Below, piece after piece: positions 62,847 to 64,000 of a DNA stretch of 64,000 nt; position 1 is the stretch's first letter, and each line of letters starts with the position of its first letter. The notes below the pieces were generated by a model. The model was not told where the DNA came from. It was given only the letters and a program-made list of their open reading frames with translations, and did no database searches. This DNA is from Lachnospira sp. UBA2821 (GTDB lineage: Bacteria; Bacillota; Clostridia; Lachnospirales; Lachnospiraceae). Made by a program: the position numbers and the translations under genes. The stretch is from assembly GCA_002351535.1 (NCBI GenBank), contig DEGR01000048.1:21214-85213 (forward strand), given 5' to 3'.

Positions 62847-64000
62847 TTATTTTGTAATTGTTACTGTATTACTCTGTCCTTTTCCGCCAAAAATCTTCTT
62901 ATATGTTTTAAGTTTAGATGAAGGAACTTTTATTTTTGCTTTTTTGTCAATACCTCTGAACGCATTATCTCCTACATTCTTTATACCTGTTGATGTTACT
63001 GTTATAGACTTTAAGTTCTTACAGTTTTTAAATGCATTTTTAGCAATCGATGTCACATTAAAACTTACGCCGCCGATTTTTACAGACTGCACAATTTTAA
63101 CACTCTTTGATGCTTTGTTCTTTAATGTTGACACTTCCACTGTTCCTTTTCCTGAAACTGAATTACCTGTAATCTTATAAACAACATTTCCTACTGTATA
63201 TGTAGCATTTTTCTTAACAGATATACTAAATGTTTTCTTAACAGTACCTGTATAATTGCCAATTCCTTCTACTACAACTGTAGCTTTTCCAATGTTTTTG
63301 TTGTTCTTATAAGATACCTTATAATCTTTACCATTCTCAAGTGTTCCAACTTTAACTTCCGGTTTCTTAGCTTTTCCATCATAATAATATCTGCTGCAGT
63401 CAAGCTTTATATCCATATCTTCTATAGATACAATAACCGGCTCATCCGTTTTCTTTTCAAGTGCTGCTACTGCTGCATTCAGATGTGCGAGTGCCTCATC
63501 TACCGTTGCCTGTGTATGTGGAGTTTTTAATTCCTCTTCTGCTTCACCAAGTTCAACAAGCATTGCTTCCCATGTCTGTGCCGTATAATCTGTTTCTACA
63601 AGTGCCTTCGCTGATGTAACTGCTTCTTCAAGTGCCTTTGTGTCAATCTCTTCTACTGCCGGTTCTACTATATTTTCTGCCTTTGCTTCAAACTGTGCCG
63701 TATAATCCTCATGACCGAGTGCATAGACTGTAAGAGTCCAATATCCTGTTCCATCTGTTCCTGCAGGAAGTTTACATCTGATTGAATCAGTGAGTCCAAG
63801 CTGTATTCCCATCGCTTTATGCATCCAGTTATCCGCTGCAAATTTTGTTCCATATGTTACAAGAGCATTCTTATATTCCGAATCGTTTCCATAATATTTC
63901 CAGACAACAGCCTGCATATTTGCTCCAAGCTCACCATACCCGTCACCTGTAAGGTCAACCCTTAAGAATTCTCCATAACTTCCATTTGCCTCTTTAACAT
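62847..64000 (-). CDS. C-terminal part of a surface protein: Tp47-domain-C-like module, FIVAR-like helix, Ig-like repeat and BspA-type LRR tail; 5' end lies outside the window
   Basis: The frame stays open to the window edge (VKEANGSYGEFLRVDLTGDGYGELGANMQAV...); YGTKFAADNWMH; ...DYTAQTWEAM..L.EA; VTSIAKNAFKNCKNLKSI. Confidence 0.7.
   Translation of the reverse strand, partial: VKEANGSYGEFLRVDLTGDGYGELGANMQAVVWKYYGNDSEYKNALVTYGTKFAADNWMHKAMGIQLGLTDSIRCKLPAGTDGTGYWTLTVYALGHEDYTAQFEAKAENIVEPAVEEIDTKALEEAVTSAKALVETDYTAQTWEAMLVELGEAEEELKTPHTQATVDEALAHLNAAVAALEKKTDEPVIVSIEDMDIKLDCSRYYYDGKAKKPEVKVGTLENGKDYKVSYKNNKNIGKATVVVEGIGNYTGTVKKTFSISVKKNATYTVGNVVYKITGNSVSGKGTVEVSTLKNKASKSVKIVQSVKIGGVSFNVTSIAKNAFKNCKNLKSITVTSTGIKNVGDNAFRGIDKKAKIKVPSSKLKTYKKIFGGKGQSNTVTITK

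Noticed and set aside
54-63853. The many 60-210 aa antisense or alternate-frame ORFs in the track (e.g. 79..438, 17253..17813, 46274..46825, 60828..61457)
   Set aside because: All shadow well-supported genes, with Ser/Ile/Phe-rich composition typical of reverse-frame translation and no independent signals.

Overview
A low-GC (AT-rich) chromosomal segment from a Clostridia-type bacterium; gene content and style suggest Lachnospiraceae (inference). Almost all genes are on the minus strand, and trkA-trkH is the only plus-strand pair. Left part: a homocysteine S-methyltransferase (cut by the window edge), an HD-GYP phosphodiesterase, two tandem paralogous secreted proteins, an 860-bp gene-free gap, cysE, trkAH, secreted GH5 and GH13 enzymes, thrH and a complete agr quorum-sensing locus whose agrD is missing from the ORF track. 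Middle: proA, a small surface-glycan-like cluster and the conserved priA-def-fmt-rsmB-rlmN-stp-pknB-rsgA-rpe-thiN-prfC housekeeping run, plus folD, murE, dapF, fhs, ftsK, uppP and tepA. Right part: a tandem pair of dynamin-like GTPases, a LacI-controlled maltodextrin operon, hisA, metY, pnp, rpsO, an NlpC/P60 hydrolase, an MCP and a truncated Tp47-domain surface protein. The most unusual signal is a roughly 550-nt co-linear imperfect inverted repeat (rod-like hairpin) at about 3920-4470, flanked by an orphan promoter-to-terminator unit of about 100 nt. Neither is explained by any coding feature. No rRNA, tRNA, CRISPR array or transposase was seen. All family assignments come from motif recognition by eye, not from database searches.
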